DNA of 64,000 bases, from NCBI GenBank assembly GCA_964512955.1, contig CAZEKX010000001.1:7659-71658 (forward strand). The letters run 5' to 3'. A program made the position numbers and the translations under genes. The notes below the pieces were generated by a model. That model made no database searches. It saw only the letters and a list, made by a program, of their open reading frames with translations, and was not told where the DNA came from. Positions within the stretch are counted from its first letter, which is position 1. Every line of letters starts with the position of its first letter. Positions 28,742 to 36,940 of the stretch are shown piece after piece. The stretch comes from an uncultured Bacteroidaceae bacterium (GTDB lineage Bacteria > Bacteroidota > Bacteroidia > Bacteroidales > Bacteroidaceae).

Positions 28742-29230
28742 TTACTCAATTGTAATCTGTTTGTTTGCCTCTTTATGTTCGGCAGGCATCTTTTTGGGTA
28801 TCTCAATATTAAGAACACCATCGGTAACCTTTGCTTGAATCTTGCCGGCATCTACATCGTCCGGAAGAATAAGTGTCTGTTGAAATTTTGTATATGAGAA
28901 CTCGCGACGCAAATATCGTCCTTTTCTATCCTCTTCGTTCTTTTCGTTGTGTTCATTATCCGAACAATTACATTTACCATCTTTCTCAGTACAATTGCAG
29001 TTTTTCTCCATTGTGATGGTGAGGTCGTTTTCTGAATTAAGATGAATCTTGAAGTCCGATTTTGTCATACCGGGTGCGGCAACCTCTACTGTATATTTGT
29101 TTTCACACTCAATAACATTGATAGCAGGTGCAGTTGCATTGCCACGTATCATCCACTCATTGTTAAAGAAATCGTTAAAAATGCTGGGAATCCAGTGCTG
29201 CGTTGTACCGCGTTTTACAGGCATACTCAT
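28742..29230 (-). CDS. Hsp20 / alpha-crystallin family small heat-shock protein
   Basis: Alpha-crystallin domain (PAINVIECENKYTVEVAAPGMTKSDFKIHL ... AKVTDGVLNIEIPK). The ATG at 29230 (MSMPVKRG) is preferred. An unusual Cys/Asn-rich insert (KNCNCTEKDGKCNCSDNEHNEKNEED) is present. Confidence 0.85.
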   Translation of the reverse strand: MSMPVKRGTTQHWIPSIFNDFFNNEWMIRGNATAPAINVIECENKYTVEVAAPGMTKSDFKIHLNSENDLTITMEKNCNCTEKDGKCNCSDNEHNEKNEEDRKGRYLRREFSYTKFQQTLILPDDVDAGKIQAKVTDGVLNIEIPKKMPAEHKEANKQITIE

Positions 29231-29371
29231 TTTTTTTGAAGTTTTAATGGTTAAACATGGTAGAACCACTCATGGTGGTTCCTATGCCTATAAAATGTAT
29301 TTCTTGGTTATTTGGTTCTTCTCTTTTGCAAATTTTGAACAGATTTCTAATCTGTTAGCATAAGAACCGTT

Positions 29372-30451
29372 TTATGCGATACATCCTGTTCCCTCAATCT
29401 CCACCAAAAGTTCTCTACGGCAAATATCACATTTCAGGTAAATCTTCTGTGGAGCAGGGTAGTTATTATCCATAAACTCTTTTATGGCTTTAATGTCTTC
29501 ATCATGTTTGACATATACTCTAAGTGTTGAGTATTTTGTCGATGTACAGTTAGTGGGTATGTTCTTTGGCGATATAAGACAATTCATAATCTCCATTGTG
29601 GCAGATGTTTGAATAACACTGTCATTAGAACAAATGCTCTCTTCGCCTTTAATGGCCGCTGTTCCCGAGATGTATATATGATCATCCACTAACCTTGCAC
29701 GTTCAAACTTAGGAGTAGTCTTGCACTCGCTCATGCCTGCCAAAACATTTTGGGAGTAGTTGTGTGCGGCAATTTGCATTGGGTTGTCTATGGCTGTGTT
29801 TGTCGTATTTCCCTTCGATGCAAAAATTTCAACCATTATACCACCGCCGTTTTGTCCTATACCGGTTGCCGATGGGTAACCATTCTGCCACTCTGTTTGT
29901 GAGTAAAACGAACTGCGAGCATCGTTGAACTCCTGGTAGTTCTGTAAACCGTTTTGCTCACCTGTTATGTCGTTAATGTAATTCCATTGACGGTATATAT
30001 CGTTAATGGAGAATCCCTCTTTTATAAGAATGTTATGTAAAGTATCGAAGATAATCCTCGATTGCTCTTTTACAGAGCAATCTAAATCCTTGCAAATAAT
30101 TCCTGCGGTTATAAGTTCTCTATTCTCACCTTTTTTAAGAACAGTATATTGTTGTTTGCGTTCAACAACCGTATCGTCATCGTACATAACAAGTACTTCG
30201 GCAACAAGTGAAGTTCCGTAGGGCTTCTGTGCAACATAACTTATAAGTGTGTTGTTATCAAAGAAATTACCAATGCACTCTTTTATTATATCTGTGTTAT
30301 ACAGATACTCCGCATTATCTTTTGGTTGGTGAAAGAATGTAATCTTAATGATATTCTGACATGCAGATAATTGCTCCAATACAGAGAGGCACATCTCTTT
30401 GAAATCCCCCTCTTTTGTTGCCGAGAATATAATCTGTTCCTTGTTAAACAT
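29372..30451 (-). CDS. Chorismatase-family protein (FkbO/Hyg5/XanB2-type, RidA-like fold)
   Basis: Matches family hallmarks from memory: YRQWNYINDI, YPSATGIG, IDNPMQIAAHNYSQ, PKFERARL, IYISGTAAIKGEES and CDICRRELLVEIEG. Confidence 0.6.
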   Translation of the reverse strand: MFNKEQIIFSATKEGDFKEMCLSVLEQLSACQNIIKITFFHQPKDNAEYLYNTDIIKECIGNFFDNNTLISYVAQKPYGTSLVAEVLVMYDDDTVVERKQQYTVLKKGENRELITAGIICKDLDCSVKEQSRIIFDTLHNILIKEGFSINDIYRQWNYINDITGEQNGLQNYQEFNDARSSFYSQTEWQNGYPSATGIGQNGGGIMVEIFASKGNTTNTAIDNPMQIAAHNYSQNVLAGMSECKTTPKFERARLVDDHIYISGTAAIKGEESICSNDSVIQTSATMEIMNCLISPKNIPTNCTSTKYSTLRVYVKHDEDIKAIKEFMDNNYPAPQKIYLKCDICRRELLVEIEGTGCIA

Positions 30452-30571
30452 TCTTTGCTTGTTATCTTTTTTGTGAGTTACAGCGTTGTTTTTCCGTTAT
30501 GCCGTTTCAGGTTGCGAATTTACAAAATTTTCCCGACAAATAGTCTTTGTTGTACAACTTTCTCTATAATA

Positions 30572-31036
30572 TCAAAGCAGTTTAAAGCGAAGACGCAGTG
30601 TTCCATTCTCCCAACTATGACTTATAATTTTGAACACTCCAATCTGTGATGTGTTTTCTACGTGTGTACCAATACATGCACAAGTATCGTAATCGCCCAC
30701 ACGTACCAAGCGTAGAGTGTCGCTTGCATCTGCCGGCAATTTTCCCAAATCAACATCATCGGGTACATCGGCACGTGTACAATATTCTATAGTAACCTGC
30801 ATGTTTTGTGATATAATCTCATTTACCTTCTCCTCTATGGCTGTAATCTGCTCTTCTGTTGGCGCAGTTGTCAATGTATAGTCGCATTTACTCTTTTTGC
30901 GTTCTATGTGCGCATTTCTACTTCTCTCGCAACCGAACATACGTACCATTGTTTGGTTCAATATATGTTCAACAGTATGCATAGGCGGGTATTCTGCCTT
31001 GTTGTGGTCGTTAAGTATGGGCGTTTCGGTAGTCAT
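30572..31036 (-). CDS. AlaX-like tRNA editing domain protein (Thr/Ala-tRNA synthetase second additional domain)
   Basis: 154 aa with zinc motifs HTVEH (HxxxH) and CACIGTH (CxxxH). Confidence 0.75.
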   Translation of the reverse strand: MTTETPILNDHNKAEYPPMHTVEHILNQTMVRMFGCERSRNAHIERKKSKCDYTLTTAPTEEQITAIEEKVNEIISQNMQVTIEYCTRADVPDDVDLGKLPADASDTLRLVRVGDYDTCACIGTHVENTSQIGVFKIISHSWENGTLRLRFKLL

Positions 31037-31072
31037 TATATTATTGGTTTTGTTGGTTAATAAGGTTTACAA
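30977..31072 (-). repeat. Direct repeat copy A (about 95 bp): promoter-proximal leader plus the first 20 codons of the alaX-like gene
   Basis: Aligns with 32028-32117. The 66-nt coding part has about 8 mismatches, and the upstream part is similar with small indels. Confidence 0.85.
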
Positions 31073-32087
31073 CAACTTTAATCATTATGTCCTTTTCTTC
31101 GGTGCTGCTCTCGGCAATCATAAGTGTGAGTGCTACAAGTGTGTTGTCGGCTATTCGCTTGCTGCCATCGGCACGGTAAAGTATTCCGTTGCGTTCCATA
31201 AACCATAGGAACAGCATTGCCGCAATACGCTTGTTGCCATCGTTGAATGAGTGGTTCTTTGTTACAAGATAGAGTAGTGTTGCAGCTTTTTCCTCAACGC
31301 TTGGATATAGTTCCTCGCCACCGAATGTCTGGTAAATCTGCCCGATTGAACTCTTGAATGAATTGTCCTTTTCGTTGGCAAACAGTTCACTCTCTCCAAA
31401 TTTCTCTTTCAGGCTCATTATTGCTTCCATTGCATTCTCGTATGTTGCATGGAAACGTTCTTTGCTTGTAGTCTTGTCAATTGTCAGTTGCTGATAGTCG
31501 TAACGGTCGAGCGTGTCGAGTGCGTAAACGTAATCGGCAACAACAGAGAACAATCCTTTTGATTGGTCATCGGTAAGTTTCTCCTGTGCATTGACAGTGT
31601 TTGCCATCAAACGAACAACATCTTTCAGTTCGTTATAATGCTCAATGCGTATTTTGTCATTTATGGCATAACCTTTAACAATGTAGTCTTTAAGTACGCG
31701 GTTTGCCCAAATGCGGAATTGTGTACCTCTCTTGCTTTTAACTCTGTAACCGACAGAGGTTATCATTTCGATATTATAGTGCTCTACTTGGTATGTTTTA
31801 CCATCTGTGGCAGTTGTCGCAAAATTTGCGACAACTGGTAAGCCCTCCAATTCTTCTTTTAGTGCATTGTTGATGTGTTTACCAATTGTTTTTATGTCTC
31901 TGCCAAATAAAAGAGCAATTTGTGAACGGTTGAGCCAAACTGTTTCATTTTCCAATTTGACATCAAGTGAAATTGTATTGTCTTCACTTGTGTATATTGT
32001 AATTGGTGATATCTCAGGCTCGCCGTTATGCATAGGTGGGTACTCCTGTTTGTTGTGGTCGTTAAGTATTGGTGTTTCGGTGGTCAT
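31041..32087 (-). CDS. RhuM-family / Fic-DOC domain protein with a chimeric N-terminus
   Basis: RhuM-like N-terminal half (TISLDVKLENETVWLNRSQIALLFGRDIKTIGKHI ... VGYRVKSKRGTQFRIWANRVLKDY). C-terminal Fic motif HSFNDGNKRIA. The first 20 aa, MTTETPILNDHNKQEYPPMH, duplicate the alaX-like N-terminus. The ATG at 32087 is preferred, because 32117 is a TTG. Confidence 0.75.
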   Translation of the reverse strand: MTTETPILNDHNKQEYPPMHNGEPEISPITIYTSEDNTISLDVKLENETVWLNRSQIALLFGRDIKTIGKHINNALKEELEGLPVVANFATTATDGKTYQVEHYNIEMITSVGYRVKSKRGTQFRIWANRVLKDYIVKGYAINDKIRIEHYNELKDVVRLMANTVNAQEKLTDDQSKGLFSVVADYVYALDTLDRYDYQQLTIDKTTSKERFHATYENAMEAIMSLKEKFGESELFANEKDNSFKSSIGQIYQTFGGEELYPSVEEKAATLLYLVTKNHSFNDGNKRIAAMLFLWFMERNGILYRADGSKRIADNTLVALTLMIAESSTEEKDIMIKVVVNLINQQNQ

Positions 32088-32117
32088 AGGTTGTTTTGGT
32101 TTGTTAGTTATTAACAA
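32028..32117 (-). repeat. Direct repeat copy B of the alaX 5' region
   Basis: See 30977-31072. It forms the start codon and leader of the RhuM/Fic gene. Confidence 0.85.
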
Positions 32118-32145
32118 AAAAGAGTGTCAATATTGACACTCTTTT
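32117..32145 (-). terminator. Hairpin terminator immediately downstream of tRNA-His
   Basis: aaaagagtgtcaa / ta / ttgacactctttt palindrome with flanking A and T runs. Confidence 0.7.
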
Positions 32146-32146
32146 G

Positions 32147-32221
32147 GGTGGATGGTGGGGCTCGAACCCACGACATTCAGAACCACAATCTGACGCTCTA
32201 ACCAACTGAACTACAACCACC
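32147..32221 (-). tRNA. tRNA-His (anticodon GTG)
   Basis: Manual cloverleaf fold of the minus strand: G(-1), GTGGTTG acceptor, GTTC/GAGC D-stem, TCAGA-TTGTGGT-TCTGA anticodon arm (GTG at positions 34-36), GTGGG-TTCGAGC-CCCAC T-arm, discriminator C. There is one U-U mismatch in the acceptor stem, and CCA is not encoded. Confidence 0.88.
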
Positions 32222-32298
32222 ATGTCACTTTAATTCCCTAAAGCGTTGCAAAGGTAAGAACATTTTTGTTACTATGCAAGTGTTTTTGCTGTTTTTTT

Positions 32299-32340
32299 AT
32301 CTGAATGCCCTCTTTTTTGCAAAAAAGAGGGTATTCAGAT
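32299..32340 (-). terminator. Hairpin terminator downstream of the aldehyde dehydrogenase gene
   Basis: atctgaatgccctctttttt / gc / aaaaaagagggtattcagat, a 20-bp stem with one G-U pair. Confidence 0.75.
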
Positions 32341-32344
32341 ATAT

Positions 32345-33727
32345 TTATAGCAGTCTCTTTACAAGTCCAAACATTTTGTATGGCATATATCTGAATGGCA
32401 GGTCGAGCCATGTAGGTGTAACCACAATCGATTTCTTGTGTGAGAATGCATCGAAACTTTCGCGTCCATGATATTGTCCTATGCCGGAATTTCCAACACC
32501 TCCAAATGGTATATTCTCGTTTGCAATATGCATAATGGTATCGTTTATGCAGGCACCGCCCGATGACAGAACTTTTGTTAGTTCATATCCATTGCGTACA
32601 TTACCAAAATAGTAAAGTGCAAGTGGTTTTTCGCGTTTGCGTACAAAATTCACTACTTCTTCTCGTGTGTCAAATGTAATCATTGGCAGTACCGGTCCAA
32701 AAATCTCTTCCTGCATCACCGGTGCATCAATGGATACATTGTCGAGCAGGGTAGGTTCAATATAGCGTTCTTTTTTGTCGTTGCTTCCTCCAGATGCAAT
32801 TTCTCCATTATCAATATACGAAGCAACACGTTCAAATGCTTTGTCGTTCACCATGCGCACAAAGTGTTTGCTTTCTTTTATGTTCTCGCCATGCAATTTA
32901 TGCAGTGCATCACTAAACTCCTTAACGAATACCTCTTTTACAGCACTATGTATAAGCAGATAGTCGGGGGCTATACATGTTTGTCCTGCATTAAGTGTCT
33001 TGCCCCATGCTATGCGTCGTGCAGCAATCTTAATATCTGCATCCTTGTCAACAATGCATGGACTTTTTCCGCCTAACTCAAGAACTACCGGTGTTAAGTG
33101 CTTTGCCGCAGCCTCCATTACTTTGCGTCCCAAGGTGGGGCTTCCTGTAAAGAAAATTATATCGAACTTTTCGTTGAAGAGCAAACTATTTACATCTCTG
33201 TTGCCCTGAACTATGGTAATATATTTTTCGTCGAATGTCTCTTTAATCATCTGCTCCAGTACGTCCGATACATTAGGTACATAGGGCGACGGTTTAAGTA
33301 CTGCGGTACATCCTGCCGAAATGGCACCAACCAACGGATTTAACAGCAGTTGAACAGGGTAGTTCCATGGTGAAACAATTAGAGCATTTCCAAGTGGTTC
33401 ACTTACAGTGTAACTACGCGAAGGCATCATCTTAAGAGGTGTACAGTGTCGTTTACGACGCATCCAACTCTTTAAATGAGCAAGGTGGTTCTTTATCTCT
33501 CCTTTTACAATGCTGGTCTCGGTAACAACAGCCTCCTCTTTCGACTTGTGCAGGTCGTTCCACAAAGCATCGTATATTTTGTTCTCCCAACGCTCAAGTG
33601 CCGACAAAAGTCTCTTTAGTTGCTCTTTACGAAATGCATACTCAAGTGTTGTACCTGTGGCAAAGAAATCGCGTTGTTTCAATACGATATCTCTTATCTC
33701 TTCTGCCGACATATTCTTTCTGTTCAT
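32345..33727 (-). CDS. NAD(P)-dependent aldehyde dehydrogenase (class 3-like)
   Basis: 460 aa with LELGGKSPCIV (catalytic Glu region), GQTCIAPDY (catalytic Cys) and EEIFGPVLP motifs. Confidence 0.9.
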   Translation of the reverse strand: MNRKNMSAEEIRDIVLKQRDFFATGTTLEYAFRKEQLKRLLSALERWENKIYDALWNDLHKSKEEAVVTETSIVKGEIKNHLAHLKSWMRRKRHCTPLKMMPSRSYTVSEPLGNALIVSPWNYPVQLLLNPLVGAISAGCTAVLKPSPYVPNVSDVLEQMIKETFDEKYITIVQGNRDVNSLLFNEKFDIIFFTGSPTLGRKVMEAAAKHLTPVVLELGGKSPCIVDKDADIKIAARRIAWGKTLNAGQTCIAPDYLLIHSAVKEVFVKEFSDALHKLHGENIKESKHFVRMVNDKAFERVASYIDNGEIASGGSNDKKERYIEPTLLDNVSIDAPVMQEEIFGPVLPMITFDTREEVVNFVRKREKPLALYYFGNVRNGYELTKVLSSGGACINDTIMHIANENIPFGGVGNSGIGQYHGRESFDAFSHKKSIVVTPTWLDLPFRYMPYKMFGLVKRLL

Positions 33728-33736
33728 AACTTCTTA

Positions 33737-34549
33737 CTACTGTTTTCTTCCGGTGAAATTATCCATTGCATGGAAAATACCTACCACTTCGCCAAAGATA
33801 TAATCGAAAATCGATGTAGGCAACAATGCTTGACAGAATCGTATAAAATGGTATCCGAAAGGAATACCTTTGAAATTTCTGTTCTTCTCAATAGCCTTTA
33901 AAATCTTTTTTACGGTAGGCTCGGGTTTTAATATGGGGAATATACGTGAATATACTCCGTCGAACATACCGGTGTTTATGAAGTAGGGTGCAATGGTTGT
34001 AATACGCACCTTGCTTTTTGCCTGTTGCAGTTCAATACGTACAGAGTCGCTCCAACCTATTACAGCCCATTTGCTTGCGGCATATACCGACATCTTTGGG
34101 TTCGACAACATTCCTGCTGCCGATGCAATATTACATATATGCCCATGGTTACGTGTAATCATATCGGGCAATACCTGTGCCGCCAGTACCATAGGTGCAG
34201 TGGCATTAATATTCATAGTACGTTCTATCTCATTAATTTTCAGTTTATCGAAAGTATTGTTACTTGTAACAATACCTGCATTGTTTATGAGAATATCAAT
34301 ATTTCCACACTCGGCACAGGTCTTCTCGTATGTTGCTACAACCTCGTTGTTGTTCGACACATCTACCTTGTAACCCTTTATATCTCCAATACTCTTAAAC
34401 TCCTCTATGGTTTCTTCAATACCCTTTTCGTTTATATCCCAAACTACAACACAACGTGCACCTTTCTCCAGTGCCATGCGTCCCATTAAGCGACCAATGC
34501 CCGATGCTCCACCGGTTATCAGTACGCAACTGCCTTTAATTTTTGTCAT
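33737..34549 (-). CDS. SDR-family oxidoreductase
   Basis: TGGASGIGR cofactor motif, NNAG, and the YAASKWAV catalytic Y-x3-K. Confidence 0.85.
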   Translation of the reverse strand: MTKIKGSCVLITGGASGIGRLMGRMALEKGARCVVVWDINEKGIEETIEEFKSIGDIKGYKVDVSNNNEVVATYEKTCAECGNIDILINNAGIVTSNNTFDKLKINEIERTMNINATAPMVLAAQVLPDMITRNHGHICNIASAAGMLSNPKMSVYAASKWAVIGWSDSVRIELQQAKSKVRITTIAPYFINTGMFDGVYSRIFPILKPEPTVKKILKAIEKNRNFKGIPFGYHFIRFCQALLPTSIFDYIFGEVVGIFHAMDNFTGRKQ

Positions 34550-34553
34550 AACT

Positions 34554-34574
34554 TTAGAAGTTGTTTAAATTTCT
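34554..34574 (+). repeat. 21-bp motif copy 3 (TTAGAAGTTGTTTAAATTTCT)
   Basis: 20/21 identical to the copies at 13221 and 14087. Similarity to copy 2 extends about 12 nt further (A-rich, ...AAAAATTAA). It lies 4 nt upstream of the SDR start codon on the minus strand. Confidence 0.85.
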
Positions 34575-34847
34575 AAAAAATTAATTCTTAATAGAAGCCG
34601 AAATATTTCACCGTTTTTTATATTCAAAAATGTCTGTTTCTCTCTTTTTTAGTCCACTATACGCTCTTAAAATTAATAAACATCCTATTCTTGTTCTATA
34701 AAAACCTGGCGATATGAATTTAAACGGTTTCTTAATGTTCAAAATACACATTGTACTTAAACGAGTGCAAAATTACACTAAAATGAACAATAAAATAGGG
34801 TGCTTTTTGTCTCTCAAATGTTTAATTATGTAAAAAACTTCTTAATA

Positions 34848-36179
34848 TTATTTGGTTGTGCGATACGGCATTCCTTTAATTTTCTCAATGGGGTACGACG
34901 CCTCGAGTAAACCACTTATAATAGTGTCGCGTGCCGATGTACTCTGGTAGGGGTATAGTTCAAATAGCGACATAACCGACGCGAAGTGTTCCATAATCTC
35001 AGCCTGTATGCTCTCGTACTGCGACCATTCGGTTGTCGATGTAAAGCAGTAGAATTGTACCGGCATCCCGTTCGATGTGGGAGCAAGTGTACGTACCATT
35101 ATAAGCATATCCTTGCGTATCAAAGGATGATGCCTCAAATACATATCGGCATACGCTCTAAACAATCCTGCATTGGTTTCAATTGTACCATTGGGAATAC
35201 CTGCATCGTTTGCAGTGTTGCTTATTTTTTCGTTAATGCTTTGCTCCTGTTTAAGCGATATATATTTATCGAATTCAGGGTCAATCCCTTTCAGTTTTTC
35301 AAGGAATTCGTTGTTACAAGGTTTAATGGTGTCCAATTTTATGGTATATCCTCGTGCAATACGTCTGCCACCGCTTTCGCTCATTCCTCTCCAGTTTATA
35401 AAACTATTGTTTATGAGTGTGTAGGGTGGAATTGTGGCAATTGTGTTGTCGAAGTTACGCACCTTGACAATTGTCAGTGATATATCAATTACAGTACCGT
35501 TTATTGCACTGTCGGGAATCTCAATCCAGTCGCCCAAGCGCACCATATCGTTCTCCAAAAGTAGAAATCCACCCACAAACCCCATTATACTATCCTTTGT
35601 TATGAGCATGAGTACAGCGGCAAATGCCCCCAAACCACCTATGAGGTAAACCGGCGATTTATCGGTGAGAATAGATATTATAAGAATGGCAGTAATAATA
35701 TACACCGTAATTTTTGCAACCTGAATGAACCCTTTAATAGGTCGGTCGTGAAACTTTCTGTTACGGAATGCAGTCTCGCCAACAGATGTTATTATAGCCG
35801 TTACAGCCATTGTAACAGCCACAACAAAGTATACCCATACAACATTCTCAATGTAGTGTAGCAGAGTGGGGTTGTGCCCGAATGCCAAAGGTAAAAGAGT
35901 GTTCATTATCACAGGCGGAAGAATATGCGCCTGTTTGCGCAGAGCATTATGCTCCAGCAGTTTTGCAAGAAATGTATATTCTTTGTGTTTAAGTATACGT
36001 TTGGAAAGTGCCAGAGCAATCCTATATACAATTTCGGCAATCAGAAATGCGATAATGGCTATTATTATAATGTATATAACCGGTTCTGCTTTATCCAGCA
36101 GGTGTATAGGTACACCCAACGATGCCAGGAATCTTTTAATTTCCAGCATAATATGTTCTGTAATATTGGTGGTGTTCAT
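34848..36179 (-). CDS. Mechanosensitive ion channel (MscS family)
   Basis: Several N-terminal TM helices and an MscS core (GGLGAFAAVLMLITKDSIMGFVGGFLLLENDMVRLGDWIEI...GTVIDISLTIVKVRNFDNT). Confidence 0.85.
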   Translation of the reverse strand: MNTTNITEHIMLEIKRFLASLGVPIHLLDKAEPVIYIIIIAIIAFLIAEIVYRIALALSKRILKHKEYTFLAKLLEHNALRKQAHILPPVIMNTLLPLAFGHNPTLLHYIENVVWVYFVVAVTMAVTAIITSVGETAFRNRKFHDRPIKGFIQVAKITVYIITAILIISILTDKSPVYLIGGLGAFAAVLMLITKDSIMGFVGGFLLLENDMVRLGDWIEIPDSAINGTVIDISLTIVKVRNFDNTIATIPPYTLINNSFINWRGMSESGGRRIARGYTIKLDTIKPCNNEFLEKLKGIDPEFDKYISLKQEQSINEKISNTANDAGIPNGTIETNAGLFRAYADMYLRHHPLIRKDMLIMVRTLAPTSNGMPVQFYCFTSTTEWSQYESIQAEIMEHFASVMSLFELYPYQSTSARDTIISGLLEASYPIEKIKGMPYRTTK

Positions 36180-36244
36180 CTTTTTATACTATCTCTTAAA
36201 GAGTATAGTTAAGAAACAACCACACAAAGAAATTGTTTTAATTA

Positions 36245-36940
36245 TTATTTGTATGAATATCCTCCGTTAATCTCAATTAAACTACCATTAACAAATGGGT
36301 TATCGATGCAGAACCTGTATGCATCCACAACTTCGTCGATAGTGGCAAAACGGTGAATAGCGGTTTTGTTGTAAATGTTCTGTTTAATCTCCTGTAGTTT
36401 CTCCTTTTGCCATGGTGTCTCCACAAATCCCGGTACAATAGCATTTACAGTGGTTCCGCTGCCTTCGAACTCCTTTACAAGGTTTTTGGCAAGAGCATGT
36501 ACCGCTGCTTTTGTTACTCCATATCCAAGCACCATGGCATGAGGCATAAGCCCCATTTGCGAACCGGTAAACAATATTCTGGAATTCTTGGGAATTAAAT
36601 TATACAGTTCTCTTATAATTATATAGTGCGAGTTAACAGCAACCTCCATCATGGCATCCCAGTCGTTGTCGGTTGTACCGGTAAATGGTTTTCTTATTGT
36701 AACTCCGGCATTGCAAACAATGCAATCGACCGTCTTGCACTCCTGTTTAATGAATTCAATGAAACCATAAACCTCTTCCCTGTTGGTTTGGTCCACTCTT
36801 TTAGCCACCATGCCCTCTGTTTGTTGAGTAAACTCCTCCCCAACATAAGTAACAAAAACATTATACCCTTTGGAAACCAACATTTTTGCCACTCCCAAAC
36901 CAATACCCGACGTTCCACCGGTTACAATTGCATTTTTCAT
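36245..36940 (-). CDS. SDR-family oxidoreductase
   Basis: TGGTSGIGLG, NAG and YGVTKAAV (Y-x3-K). Its start overlaps the stop of the upstream gene by 4 nt. Confidence 0.85.
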   Translation of the reverse strand: MKNAIVTGGTSGIGLGVAKMLVSKGYNVFVTYVGEEFTQQTEGMVAKRVDQTNREEVYGFIEFIKQECKTVDCIVCNAGVTIRKPFTGTTDNDWDAMMEVAVNSHYIIIRELYNLIPKNSRILFTGSQMGLMPHAMVLGYGVTKAAVHALAKNLVKEFEGSGTTVNAIVPGFVETPWQKEKLQEIKQNIYNKTAIHRFATIDEVVDAYRFCIDNPFVNGSLIEINGGYSYK

